The notes under the pieces were generated by a model. The model had not been told where the DNA came from. It saw nothing but the letters and a program-made list of their open reading frames with translations, and searched no databases. From assembly GCA_977017645.1 (NCBI GenBank), contig OZ360247.1, positions 32,736,001 through 32,800,000 of the forward strand: a DNA stretch of 64,000 bases. Direction: 5' to 3'. Shown one piece after another: positions 25,301-40,300 of the stretch (the first letter of the stretch is position 1; the number at the start of each line of letters is the position of its first letter). This DNA is from Torpedo marmorata (taxonomy: Eukaryota). A program made the translations under genes and the position numbers.

Positions 25301-28300
25301 GAGATAGGAAATAAGGTTTATATGCACGCAAAGATTTAGTTAATAGCTTTTATAGTTAGAACATTTTAGAATTGTCTGACAGTATATCAATTCAAAATTT
25401 AACACTTCTATACAAAAACTGTCCCATCGTTTATTTTCACCAAGATTGGTTCATGAATAAAGCAACATATTGAACATCACAATTTGACAATAACCTTTTC
25501 TACCTTTTTTGTGTGACCAACTCCACAGAGCCACCAATGGATACCTAAACCAATATCTGAAAATAATCTTCCTGCACCCTGATGCTTTTCTAACACCTTC
25601 CTAATTATTTAATTTTGCATTGCTCGAATTACATTGGACAACAATTTTTTTCAAAAGGTTTGCTTCCTGAACAAAAATTGGGTATTATAATAGACAACTT
25701 CAAATTGAACACAAAGATAATTTCAGGTTTACTGTATCACATAGGAATTTGAAGAAATGTTAATTAACTTTTATTGAATTTATCATTAATTGTATACTCA
25801 CTACAAATGTAACAGAATGTATCGCAGCTGTTGAGACATTGACAAGACATTTCTGCTGTATTGAATCTTCCTGAAGACAATAAATGATATTGTTAAGTAC
25901 ACTCACTATGCTATTGCCTGAAGAACATGTGCAACAACATGCATTCAATCTATATCAATGTAATGCACAGCATCTGTATATGTGAGCTTCTTTTATAGCC
26001 TGTCTGCATCTATCCTGACTAAGCATGCCCAGGCCTAAGACAACATTTTCATAGCAGAGTGCATGCCCAGGCATGCTTGGACTGATCAAAACAGCTTGCG
26101 TTGTGGGCAATATACTTTAAATATGACAGAAAATCACAAAATAGGTTATGCCTAAAAAAACGGTACGTGATAAGAAATTTTAAGGTGATTGTCGTGATCA
26201 GCAGCCCAAAATCCATAAAATACACCCAAAAGTGTTCAGGAAGCAAAATCTTCCTTGACCAGTGTTATTGGAGGTGTTTATTACTGAAAGGTTCCTTAGT
26301 ATGCTTCATACTTTAAAGATCAAAACCAAATTCCAATTACTATTTTAGCTTGGCAATCCTGTCAATGTGGTTTTGCCATTGTAACACTGATTATCAAAGA
26401 AGCCTAATACTTAGTTGAAATTGCATAATTGTTTCTGGTTTAGGGTGAAGCTGGCATTGCTGGTTCTCGAGGTGCTGATGGTCCTTCTGGTGCTCGTGGT
26501 GAAACTGGTAATCCCGGACCTGCTGGCCAAATTGGTGCTCCAGTAAGTATCTGGATTAAAAATCAAATTACGTAAGACTGTATTTAATGTTTACTTTCCT
26601 AAAATACTCTTCTTTTTTTTTTACCTTTTTCAGGGCACCCCTGGTAGTGATGGTGCTCCTGGTCCCAAAGGTTCAGTTGTGAGTATCAACTTCTCAAATC
26701 AAGTGCTTACCCACCAATTAGTGCTGGTCATTAACTCAGCTCTTTAGCCACCTCACTCCCTGGTATTTGTCTGAAGCTGAACTAGATTACTACCTTGACA
26801 TGAGAAGAAACCCAACTAAGGGCCGAATGGCCTACTCCTGCACCTATTTTCTATGTTTCTATGTTACACATCTGTGCTCTGTCCTATTTCTACCTTAGTT
26901 GCAACATCTAATTGCCCTTTTCTCAGTTTAACTTCTGCTGAAACCTACCATTCCATTGTTATCTCTTGGCCTGACTGTTCAAATGCACTCCAAAATTCTA
27001 TCCTCCAGAAGGATATCAGAAATATTGGTACCTGAGACCTGATTCATATCCAGCACTATTTATGCATTGCCCTTGTATTCACTGGCCTCTATTGTTTTGT
27101 GTGAAAGTTCTCTAATCTCTTCATGGCCTCGTCCCTCTTTATCATTTCCAGCCCTACATTCTCTGTGATATGTGCAATTCTTTCTTTTCCTCATTGCCTA
27201 AACTACTATTAGCAACCAGGCCGTCATCTGCCATCAATCCAAGCTCTGGGATCTTCACACCATTTTTTTCAGTTCTGTAGCATTATTTCCTCCTCTCAAG
27301 CTCTTTTTGACAAATATTCCCTGATAACTCAAGATTCAAGACTCAATTTATTATCATAGTAATAAAACAGTGACATATTACATGAAATTTCTTTTTGCCT
27401 ACTGCAAGGCAGACAGATTCGCCACCGGCAGAAATTGCCTAAGCGCCTCTTACATTTCTTACAGTCAGACTTACAGTCAGACTTACATTCAGAGAAAGAG
27501 AAGCAAAAGAGAGTCCCCCCAGAGTCACCGTGTCCGTAGATTTGCCTCCAGCGCTCCCGTAGCCTCCGCAGCCACACAGAGTCCAAACCACCAGCAACAC
27601 AAGCTCCAGATCCGAACCTCCGACACGGTCAGGAACCCTTCGGCACCCTCGCATCCCGGTTCCGATACCTGGTACCCCTCCAGCCAGTTCGAGCCAGTCT
27701 CCAGCAGCCCACAGCTTCCACGGGTTCCTCGCCTCGAGTCGCCAGCAGCCCGCCGCATGAACTGGTCCCTCAGCCTCAGAGCCCCTCACTGGTCCGCCGC
27801 CGTGGTCACCGTCCCATGGGTCGTCTCCTCCGCTTTTCCTTCTCAGATGGGGGGGGTGATCTTTCCATCCTCTGGTGCCCTGCTCCAGTCCACTGCTTCC
27901 CCGGAGTCTGCAGCCCCTCGTGGCTGCTGCCGATTAATAGGCGCAGCCATCTTGGGCGCAGACCCCGCAGTCGCGGGATCTCAAATAAAAACCACCGTCG
28001 GCTCCTTTAACGGGCCGTTCAAAGCCCGTGCGGAACCGACGGCAGTCGACTGAGTGGCTGGACCCCGCAGGAGCGCTGCATCTCCGCTCCCTCTCTCCCC
28101 GCGGGTCCGCACCAGCGGCAGCGCTGTCGCTACAGCGGCTCCGGCAACGCCGCCATTGCTCATTCCAACTCTTTCCACCGATTAGTAGAAAGATTTATAT
28201 AACAGGGCACTTTTATAAAACTCCTTGGCATAATTTACTACATCAATGTATTGGTGAATTGGATTTATTTCTGGTAACTTCAAATGGCAATGGCTGATAT

Positions 28301-31300
28301 TTGATCTCTTTTGTGTACTAGGGTGCTCCTGGCATTTCTGGTGCTCCTGGTTTCCCTGGCCCGAGAGGACCAAGTGGTTCACAAGGTGCTGTCGGACCTA
28401 CTGGCCCCAAGGGTAACAATGTAAGTAGCGTCTGGATCCATAGAAAAAATAGTCTGAGATATTCGGAATAGTGAATTTGGACTCATCTTTAAGTGTTTGT
28501 GATTCAGAGCATTCCTGAAATAGCATTTTTCACAAGGTTTTCAATCATACACGTTCATACTAAAATCTTCCTGTAATATTGTAATGGTATTGCCCCTGCA
28601 TTCATATCAAAAGTAGTTTTACAACTCTATGTAGTTGTGATTCATCCCTTATTAATAAAAACAGGAACATGAACAATACTCTTCCTATCAAATATTATTT
28701 TATCAACAACATAACACGCATTGATACAGAATCACAGATATTTCTGATACAGGTGCCTAACCTTTTATCCGAAAGCCTTGGAACCGGACACTTTTCTGAA
28801 TTTGGATTTTTTTGGATTATAGAATTATAATCTTTTAAATAATTGCGTTGCTTCAGATTCACGCAAAACAAAGACACACTCCAACTAGAAGGGTTTCTGG
28901 ACGGCGGCGCTGGATGGGGGGGGTTGCGGCGGCGCTGGATGGGGGGGGTTGCGGCGGCGCTGGACGGGGGTGTTCGCAGCGGCACTGGACGGGGGGTGTT
29001 CGTGGCGACGCTGGACGGGGGGGTGTTCGCAGCGGCACTGGACGGGGGGTGTTCGCGGGATGCTGGACGGGAGGTGTTTGCAGCGGCACTGCACGGGGGT
29101 GTTTGCGGCGGCGCTGGACGGGGGGTGTTCGCGGCGGTGCTGGGCGGGGTGGGGGGTGGTAAATGAAGTGAGATAAAGATAGACCATAAAATTACTAGCA
29201 TACTTTTTATTTTTAAGTAAAACATACAGTAAAACTTCAAACATTAACTGGCTCAAACTAAGCTAAACACCTGAAAATATACTGGAAAAAATGTTCGGTT
29301 TTCGGAGGTTTTCGGTTTTCGGATAAAAAGTTAGGCACCTGTATTACAAAAAGTAATGCCAGTGATTTCATGTACATTGTTGAATGCACGTTCTAATAGC
29401 TGATGTAATTCTCATGGAAATTTTATATTGCTTACCTATTGTAACTCCAGCAAGTAAATTATGTATAAAGCTGGAAATAACTGTTCTACTTCTTCAGAAG
29501 TTCTGATAATTTCCTATGGGGCACAGAGCATGACAAAAGTAAGCCTCTGCAGAATTTCAAGCCGATCGGGTTAAACTTTAATCATTATCTTAAAATGAAG
29601 GATGTACTGGCCTTGGAGGCGGTCCAGAGGAGGTTCACCAGGTTGATTCCAGAGATGAGGGGGTGAGCCTATGAGGAGAGATTGAGTCGTCTGGGACTGT
29701 ACTCGCTTGAATTTAGAAGATAAGAGGGATCTTATAGAAACGTATAAAATTATGAAAGGCATAGATAAGATAGAGGTAGGTAAGTTGTTCCCATTGGTGG
29801 GGGAGACTAGAACTAGGGAACATAGCCTCAAAATCCAGGGTAGTAGATTTAGGATGGAGATGAGGAGGAACTGCTTTTCCCAGAGGGTGGTGAATCTATG
29901 GAATTCGATGCACTTTGAAGCAGTGGAGGTGACCTCAGTAAATATATTTAAGACGAGGTTGAATAGATTTTTACATAGTAGGGGAATTAAGGGGTATGGG
30001 GATAAGGCAGGTAGGTGGAGATGAGCCTGTCATCAGATCAGCCACGATCTCGTTGAATGTGGAGCAGGCTCGATGGGCCGAATGGCCTACTCCTGCTCCC
30101 ATTTCTTATGTTTTAAGGTGCCTTCCTTTTTGACCACCTGAAATTTATCATCATTTATTTATACTTTAGGGTGAAGCTGGTGCCCCTGGTTCCAAGGGTG
30201 AAGCTGGCATCAAAGGCGAACCTGTAAGTTTAAACCTTGTGCTTTATTTATATTTCAGTTTTAATTAGGAATGTGATCACATTCTACCAAGTGCAGAGAT
30301 GGACTACCCCAGTAGACTGATTACTTATCCAATTCTCCAGGGCATTGCTGGTCCTCAAGGTGCACCTGGCCCAGCTGGAGAGGAGGGCAAGAGAGGTGCT
30401 CGTGGTGAGCCTGGCATTCAAGGCCTTCCTGGCGGCCCTGGTGAACGTGTAAGTTGAATATTATTTTCATTACTAAAATTAGCATCAAGCATATCCCCCA
30501 ATTGGCAGATCCTTTCCTCATATCTTTCCTTCTATTTCAGGGCTCCCCTGGAAGCCGTGGTTTCCCAGGTTCTGAGGGTCTTGTTGGCCCCAAGGTATGT
30601 AAATTTTACTAAATGCTCTTCTATTTTGATCTTTATAACAGGTGCACTGCAATTTGTAAGTTCCTCTAAACTTGTCTTACGATCCTTGCTTTAAATTCCA
30701 GGGTGTTACTGGTGAACGTGGAAATGTTGGTCCGGCTGGTCCAAAAGGGGCCACTGGTGAACCTGGAAGACCTGGAGAAGCTGGTCTGCCTGGTGCTAGG
30801 GTAAGTTTAATTAAAGCTGAGGAGCTCATGTAAAAGATGCCCATACGCCAAAGACAACCCAACAATGTGAAACAAAACGAACAGAAACATACTGAGAAAA
30901 ATAATCCAGATTATTGTTGCTCAGTGTAAAATAATATGCATCAGAAATAATTTCCTTCATAAATTGTAGCTAAGGTATAGATTGCAACTAAAAGTGGTGT
31001 TTCCTTGTTCAAGTTGTGAAATGGTAGAAGATCTGGTTCTGCAAGCTGAAACATTATAATTTTTTTAAAATCAAATTAGCTTGATCTTACCTGACATAAA
31101 CCTTTGGATATACTACAAAGAGCAAAATTCAACCTGTTTTTCAAACAACAATTCATTGATCAAACATTACAAATCAAAATCAGTAATACATGTTGAAAAA
31201 AAATGGTCCTTGACATTGTTTAATGTAGGAAATTACATTCTCTCTTTGGGACATAGCTAGTGATGGGGTGATTGAAGTATATTCCTCTTTAATGTATTGT

Positions 31301-34300
31301 TGGAGTTGTTTTAAGAGAACCTTAAATGTAAAGAAGTAAACACGAAAATCTGTAGACACCGTGGTTAGAGTAAAAAACACAAAAGCTGGAGAACTCAGCA
31401 GGTCAAACAGTGTCTTTTATGTAGCAAAGGAAGAAATACATAACCGACGTTTCGGGTTTGAGCCCTTCTTCAAAGAAGGGCTCAAACCCGAAACGTCGGT
31501 TATGTATTTCTTCCTTTGCTACATAAAAGACACTGTTTGACCTGCTGAGTTCTCCAGCTTTTGTGTTTTTTAAATGTAAAGAGGTATCTAACTGGTTACA
31601 TGTTAAAGTTTTTTCCCTGTTCAGGTTGACGTAGTAAGATTAAGAGACGATTTGAAGTGAGGGAAACATTCTTTTGGCCTTAAAGCAGACACATTGATAA
31701 TTGCCTCACTGGTCCTAATAGCTGCTGTTCATTGTCTGAAAAGTTCACGATTTTTGTTAAAAAATCTATAAAAAGTACTTTTGCATCTTTTGTATTTTAG
31801 GGTCTGACTGGGAGTCCTGGCAGTCCTGGCGCTGATGGCAAAGCTGGTCCTTCAGTAAGTATTGATTTCCCATAAATAAAATTTTAAACATTTTATTTTA
31901 AGCTGATATATAGTAATTTGTTAAAGTGGAGTGAACAGAAATGACAATGTTTTAAATGTAAATTGCATTATGTAATTACCAAATAAATTAGAAAGTATTT
32001 CCACAGAAGAAACCTTGGCTCGGAGCATCGTTTTCACAGCAACTTCAAATTGCCACCAACCTGTATTCTCTATTAACCTTGCAGGGTCCAGCTGGTCAAG
32101 ATGGTCGACCTGGCGCACCTGGTTCTGCTGGTCAAAGAGGTCAACCTGGTGTCATGGGTTTCCCTGGTCCTAAGGGGGCTGCTGTAAGTATGAACTTCAA
32201 ATAGAAAAATACTATAATTTGTATTGTATTCATTTTGAAGAATATATTGTGATCTAATGCTTAAAGTGCAGCATGTTTAGGTAACAGCAAATTACTGCTG
32301 ACATGCCTAGTATCTGTTCTCATAAAGCCACAGCAGCTCCTCTTCTAACACAGAACAGGATTTAGACAAGTGTTAAATCTATGACTTTAGCAGATTGAAA
32401 CCTGTAAGTTCTTATATTTCTGCTTAAAAGAAGCAGATTTAATGAGGATCAAATGCTTATACAAATAGACCATTATCAGAAACTAATTTCTAGGCTCATG
32501 AATTTTGGTAGTTTATTCAATGAAAAATAGTTTAGTTGAAGCAATGAAATATAAAGCTATGAGGTAACTTTTTTTATCAGTAAAGGATTGTGTTTTAAAG
32601 ATTAAACACTTACAATAATCTTGTGAGCCTTTATTCAATTCTGTTCTATATTTCATAGGGAGAACCTGGCAAACCTGGTGAGAGAGGAGTCGCTGGTATT
32701 GCTGGTTTGGTGGTATGTATTAGCTGGAAATTCTGCCTACAACATTCTTGTATTGTAACTGTAGTTAGTAATGTTTGCCACCATTGGTTGTCATGGATGG
32801 GTATAATCGAAGTATCAATATTTTTTTTCATTTTAGGGTCTTCCTGGCAAAGATGGTGAAGTTGGTGCTCCTGGTTCTACTGGTCCTGCTGTAAGTAATA
32901 TATGAATAATCTTATCAATTGGAGGAAATATATTTAGAATGATGAATCGGGCAAGGCCAATATTTATGCAAGTAGGGGAAAGCATAAAAAGAAAATGTTG
33001 CCCCTATTCTTTCTGCTTTACAAACATATGGGTTAAAGTTAATGTTTTCAACAAATTATAGAACATGACAGCACAGTACATGCCATTCGGCCCGCGATGT
33101 TGTGCCGACATATATATATATATTCCTACCAAAAAAATACTAAACCCTTCCTACCTCACGAGCCTCTATTTTTCTTTCATCCATGTGCCAGTCTAAGAGT
33201 CTCTTAAATGCCCCTAATGTTTCATCGTTCATCACCACCCCTGGCAATGCATTCCAGGCACCCACAACTCTATGTGGAAAAAAAAACTATCCCTGATGTC
33301 TCCCCCAAACTTTCCTCCCTTCAATTTGTACACATGTCTTTTTTGTCACTTTTTCTTTCTTTTCCTTTTTTCTTTTTATACAGAAACTGTTCCTGTTTAT
33401 TTTAGAATTATATATATATTATTATAGTAGCTAACATTACAGTTATAATGCATATAAAGCTGGATACCCAGTTACAGTTTTCTAGAATCTAGGCATTTAA
33501 ATAATAAAAATACAATTTTATATAGACAACTTCATAATTTGAATCTGTACCTTTTTTTACCCAGGGCCCCAGTGGTGAGAGAGGTGAACAAGGAGCCCCA
33601 GGACCACCTGGCTTCCAGGTATAAACATTAAATCATCACTAGAATTGAAGAGGATTTAAGAGAATTTTTTAATGTGTTTTGGTTCATTTCATTGCTTTAT
33701 TTAATCATTAATACACAATGTCCTAAATTTGTTTCTCTAGGGTTTGCCTGGTCCTCCCGGTGCTGCTGGTGAACCTGGAAAATCCGGTGAACAGGTTCGT
33801 ATCATGACATAAACGTGCACTGAAGAGAGGAATAATTATTGGTAGACCCTGTTTGCAATACACACATAAAAATTATCCTTGATTAATTTAAAGCCCATAG
33901 AAACATTGACAACAGATCATTGGTGATATTAAATTTTATTTATATATCCTACATATAGAAACTATTAAATTGACTAGGATATCATCAATACCATTAGATT
34001 AATTTGACAGAAATCACTGAGTTATCTCCGCCTATATCTTTTTAACTTTCAAAACCTGTTTTTCTGGTTGTTAGAGAATGTACCTATTTATTGAAAAGCA
34101 TTGACAGGAGTTTTCCTCTGTAGCGTAAATTAAGAAAAAATAAAAATACAATTTCCTGAGAATACAAATTTGTAAAGAAGATGTCACTTTTTGTGATTTT
34201 TTTTTAGGTTTATAATGATGCCATTATACAATAACTGTGTTATTTGCAATAAAATGTGCATAATATAAAATATAAACTGTATTGTAAACATGCTATTGTT

Positions 34301-37300
34301 TTATGATATATTAGGATTTTTTAACATTTTAATTATTATTTCTTTATATTTGTACAATAGGGTCTGCCCGGTGATGTTGGCCCTCCTGGTAGCCATGGTC
34401 CAAGAGTAAGCTTCTTCAAAATTACTCTTTATTGCAAAGAAAAAAATTCATTGGATGTATTTACCTCTATGTTCTTCTCTAATGTTCCAATCCCATTCTC
34501 TTTAGGGTGAGAGAGGCTTCTCTGGTGAACGAGGTGCTCCTGGCCCCATGGGCCCAACGGGTATTCGTGGCTCTGTTGGTTCTCCTGGTAACGATGGTGC
34601 TAAGGTACAAAAAAGCAAGTGAATTCAGCCAGAAACAATTGGTAGTATTTCCAGATAAATAATATTCATTATGTTTGCCATTGCAGAAACCAACATGATG
34701 TATGATTTAAATACTTATCTAATTTCCCTGTAAAATAGTCTTTTTTTTATCTCAGAACCAATGTTTGTGAAAAAGAGCAAGATTAAACTATGGGGGTGGT
34801 GTTCAACCATAGATCACACTGAGCAAGACAATGGGAGGAGAAAATAGATGGGTTAAAAAATCACTGAAGATATGGACAAAGATAGCAGTGTATCCTTGCA
34901 GGTGAATAGAATAGCTTGCGGGGTTCAGATGGTTTAATTTGCACCTTTTGGATGGCAGATGTCAGACATGGGTCAGGGGGAAGTTGCAGTCAGGATGTCG
35001 AATGTAGACTGGGAGAGCAGTGGCAAGGATAGGTGGTGATTACACTTCAGAAACAACAGGATCAGTTGACTTTATATTTGATGATGCGTGTAAAATAAAA
35101 CTCCAGGACAAGCACCTCAAGCACAATACTTGTGTAAGGTGGAAGCAGGTTCCCATAATTCAAAAGATTTATGTCCTATGCATGCCACCTTTTAATATAG
35201 CGGATGAAGCACACTTCTCATATAAATAGAATATTAAAGGAATTAAACTCTTCTTTAAATATAGTTTTTGAAAATCTTTTAATTTTGAACATGAATTAAA
35301 AAAAACGCATAACATCATTAGTGCTAATTCAGTATGTACAGAAATCTATTAATTTTAAATTTCAATGTTTGAGTTAAGTTTTGATATCTTTTCATTTCAT
35401 GTGCAGCCAGTGATGATGTATGAACACTCTCTGATTACTTACAGGGTGATGCAGGCGCACCAGGCGCTCCTGGTAATCAAGGTGCACCTGGACTGCAGGG
35501 TATGCCTGGTGAACGTGGTTCTAGTGGTCTTCCTGGTGCCAAAGGTGCAAGAGTAAGTATTCTTACCTTGATCACCCTTCAAAATTTTGTATAAAAAAAA
35601 ATCCAAAAAATTGCAAATATAATTTGAGTTGTTATTACTTGTAAATTGTGCTTAAAACTAACAAAGCTTTCCTTTGTCTTTTTCTCTAATAGGGTGATTC
35701 TGGTACAAAGGGCGCTGATGGCCCTCCAGGCAAAGACGGAATCAGAGTAAGTAGTCAGATGTTCGCTGGATTTAGTTTTTCACTGGCCCCAATCATGCGT
35801 GCTTGCAGGAAGTTGACAGCAAAGGAATCAGGCTGGAGAATTAATGTTATAGCATGGTGTCCATCCCGCACTCAGTGCCGGCACATCAATACTTTCCTGC
35901 CTGGAACAGGCAGATAAATTAATTTAACTTGTTCCTACTTCAAGCGGGTTTCATTATATTTGCATTCTATAATGTATTTTGAAACATCAAAATAATCATA
36001 AGTTACTGAATACTGGGATACTAATTTTAAAATGTTATTATTCTTAGGGTATGACTGGAGCAATTGGACCACCTGGTCATGCTGGGGCCGCTGGTGAGAA
36101 GGTATGATATTTCAATGTTATTTACCTTTAATAAAATACCTTGCAGAACATGACAAAGTTAGTATCCATAAACTCAGCATTGGCATTGCATCTTCAAAGA
36201 CAATCAATACAGAAATTGACACTTTTAACCTGCAAAGAATATATTTCTTTTCAAATCATTAAAAATCACTGCAACATTTTTTTTGCATTCGAACCATATG
36301 ACATGTTTAGGTGTATATTGTTAGTTGTTGACATTTAAGACATATCAAATGCAGTATTTTTGGTATCTTCAAGTAATGTTGCATTGCGTTTCAATTATTT
36401 ATGGTTATTTTCATTGATTATAGGGTGAAGCTGGTCCTCCCGGCCCTGCTGGTCCCACCGGTGTCCGTGGTCAGTCTGTAAGTAGAATTTAAATTGTATG
36501 CCCATCAGTTAGAAATTCATCCTTGCTTGCTTGCATTAAGTGCACAATGTAGTCATGATTGCACATCAGAATCAGAATTCATTGTCGTGAACAAGTAATG
36601 AAATTCGGTGTTTTGCGGCAGCATCATAGTGCAAACATTCATATCATAACCATCTTACGACATTACTATAAAAAATATATATAAATAATAATGCATGAAA
36701 AGTAAGGCAGTGTCTTTGGTTCATTGATTATTTAGGAATCTGATGGCAGCGGGGAAGAAGCTGTCCTTGTGCCGTTCAGGCTCCTGTATCTTTTTCCCAA
36801 TGGAAGCAGAGTGAAGAGGGCATGGCCTGGGTGGTGGGGGTCTTTGAGGATAGAGGCTGCTTTTTTAAGACACCACCTCATGTAGATGTCCTCGATGGAG
36901 TGAAGTTTGGTGCCTGTGATGTCACAGGCCGAGTTAACAACCCTCTGGAGTTTATTCTTGTCCTGAGAGTTGGCGCCTCCATACCAGGCAGTGATGCAAC
37001 CAGCCAGAATGCTCTCCACGGTACACCTGTAGAAGTTTACGAGAGTCTTCGGTGACATACCGAATCTCCTCAGACACCTCACAAAGTATAGCCGCTGACG
37101 AGCCTTCTTTGTGATTGCATCAACGTGGAGGCTCCAGGACAGATCCTCGGAGATGTTGACACCCAGGAATTTGAAGTTCTTGACCCTCTCCACTACTGAG
37201 CCCTCGATGAGGACTGGGTCGTGTTCCCCTGACTTCCTCCTGAAGTCCACAATCATCTCCTTGGTTTTGCTGACGTTGAGCGCAAGGTTGTTGTCGTAAC

Positions 37301-40300
37301 ACCATTAAACGAGCTGATCTATCTCCCTCCTGTACGCTTCCTCATTGCCGTTTGTGATTCTGCCGACAACTGATACTTCACTTCCAAAATTTGTGTTTCA
37401 TTTAAAATCAAATAGAACCAAATTTCAGAATCTGAGTATCATGTGCATATATTACATGTTTGACACAACAACTAATGCCATATTTTATGCCATTAAATTT
37501 AAGAGTATTTTTAATACTGTTGATGAGCCTCATTTTGTAATTGGAATTGCAAAATCAAAAGGCAGAACATGCATAATTTGTAACCACTGCAAACTATATG
37601 AAAGTCCATTCGAAATGCATCACTACTTTATCCTTGCAGTTCTTACATTTTTAAAAATGCAATATCTGTCAAGTCTGTTCAGATTTTAAAAGTGTTCAGT
37701 CTTGGTTAATGGTATACCTGTAGCTGACCTTTTAATTTCCTCTCCAGGGTGAGCGTGGTGAACCTGGACCTCCTGGCCCTGCTGGTTTTGCTGGTCCTCC
37801 TGTAAGTATTGTCGTCATTTGTATTAAAAGCTATGAATGGTTGGTAATTATGTCCTTCATATGGTTAAAATGAATTTGATATATAAAATGACTTTGACAT
37901 ATATTTTGTAAGAAAAATCACTGTTGCACAAATATTCATCTGCACCATTTTTTCAGCATCAAAACTGCATAAGGAATCTCCCTAACACTTCCAAAAAAGG
38001 TCTAAAAATCTCATGAAATTCATTAGCCACAGCTGTACATAGTAATCCAGGGTTTCCCCATTTAACACTGCTTTGTTCAGCAGCAGCTGGCATCATACAT
38101 TTCACCTCATTAGTATCACCTTTCTTCATATCTTGACCTCAAAGAAGGGTAATACAATCATCACACTCTCAGCTACTGGGTAAGATTGACAAGGAATAAA
38201 TGGACACAGAATAATGAGAGACTGGGGAAGATGATGGGCAGAGAAACCAACAAAGGTTTCTGGAGGACAGTGCTTGTGTGAAGCTGATTCCTTGTGTGCA
38301 GAGCACTGATGGCAGGAGTTGCCAGTGGTGTTTGTAAGGGTACAAAATCCCTGCACAAACGCCTTCACCTTTGGGGGGGGGGGGGGGGGCCAACAATGCA
38401 GCTGAATCTCGCTTCCAGGTCAGAATACAGAAGAAAAAATAACCAAAAATTGAATTTGTCAGAACATTTTCTGACTTCTACAATAGTGCAATGAGCAATA
38501 AAAGAAATCTTATGTGGCATATATCAGCAGAGGCCACCTTGCTTGAATCCCAAGGCAAGTTTTTTTTCTAACGTGAGCCTGATTTTTGACAGTGCCGCTT
38601 TTGTGAACTTGTACTTGAAGTTTTCGAAAGTCATTGTCAAAGGGAGGGTAGTCTGTGGACAAAGTTCCCACTGTAAGTGGACATTAGATCACAAGATATA
38701 GGAGCAGAAGTAGGCCCATCGGGCAATCAAGTCTGCTCCGCCATTCTAATCATGTGCTGATCCATCTTCCCACTCAGCCTCACTCCCCAGCCTTCTCCCT
38801 GTAACCCTTGATGCCCTGACTAATCAAATACCTGTCAATCTCTGCCTTAAATATACCTAACGGCCTTGCTTCCACAGCCGCCTCTGTCAACAAGTTCGAC
38901 AGACTCATGATCCTCTGGCTAATGAAATTTTTCTGCATCTCTGTTTTAAATTGATGCCCTTTTATCCTAAAGTTGTGCCCTCTTGTCCTAGATTCCCCTA
39001 CCATGAGAGACAGAGGGAGTATCCCTGTGAAACCTTGATTTTTTTTTTGTGCTACCTCTTTGGTCAGATATCTTGTGTTTATCACTCTATTCTCCTTTGA
39101 AATCTTTCTGGGAATATGGTGAATGAGATCCCAATTTCATTCAATCTACCTGAGGTTTGGATTGCAGACACTGTGCAACGCCCTGTCTGTGACTGCACGA
39201 GGAAGTGTGAACATCCATTTCAATAACATTGTTTTCGTTTTTTTAAAAGCTAGTATCTCTGGAAGTAAATGGACCAATATGGCTCAAATTCTCACCCGAA
39301 ACTAATTTGAAGTATTACATTGTTGAACTCCTTTGAAAATGCTAGTGGACATGAAAATTTCATACCAAGCAAGTCCATAGCCTTTTGGCTACCAGATTAT
39401 TTCAACAGAAATGTACATAAAATTAGTTAACACTGCTTGGTTTTTCTGGTATAATGCAGATGAATTTCTAGCCACTTGCGCTCAAATGAATGGCAAACTA
39501 TATCCAAATAACATCTGTATTATAGCTTCTATTTGGTATCAAAGATGTTACACAATTTCTTAAATATTACCCTTGACCCATAAGAGAATGGTGACACAAA
39601 TAATAGAATTTACATAAGAATTATTATTTAATGAAAATAATTATGTAATCATCCATAACGTAATTGTTCTTCTTTTTTTTTTTTTCGTTTTGATTATTAC
39701 AGGGTGCTGATGGTCACCCTGGTGCTAAAGGTGAATCTGGTGACACTGGTGCAAAGGGTGATGCTGGTCCTCAAGGCCCCACTGGTCCAGTTGGAATCGC
39801 TGGCCCACCTGTAAGTAACCGGACCAGAAATATAATGGTGTTCGCATTAAAAACTCAATGTTAAAAGAGATCAGCGTTTTCCTTCCCTGCCTTTATTTAA
39901 TACAAATCCATCTCTTCTGTTCTACTTCCTTAGGGTTCTACTGGTCCTACTGGTGCTAAAGGTGCTCGAGGTTCTCCAGGGGCACCTGTAAGTTTCTATT
40001 TTGAATTATTTAACTTTAGTTATTGTAATCCTGACCAGTATAGCAACGTCGAGCTCCATTGATGTTAGTGCTTGTTTCATTTTCAAATTCTGGTCGACTG
40101 ACTTGAACCAGCTCCCTGCACATGTTCGACTAATTTCAGTCCCTTTATCTTGGAAAATAGGGAGAGAAATTCTGTCCAGAAGTTCATCCCTGGTCACTTG
40201 TGTTTAAAAACATGCCATTTAGTGTCAACAATCCATTCCTTTCCACCAGTGTAATTCAGTACAATTGACACCAAGTAGAATGTCTGATGCATTCAAACAG

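Noticed and set aside
27370-28053. 227-aa Ser/Pro-rich ORF in intron 18
   Set aside because: GTG start, low complexity, no domain; a by-product of GC-rich repeat sequence
28695-29256. Overlapping Gly/Ala/Pro-rich ORFs
   Set aside because: Translations of the G-rich minisatellite; no Gly-X-Y phase or splice signals
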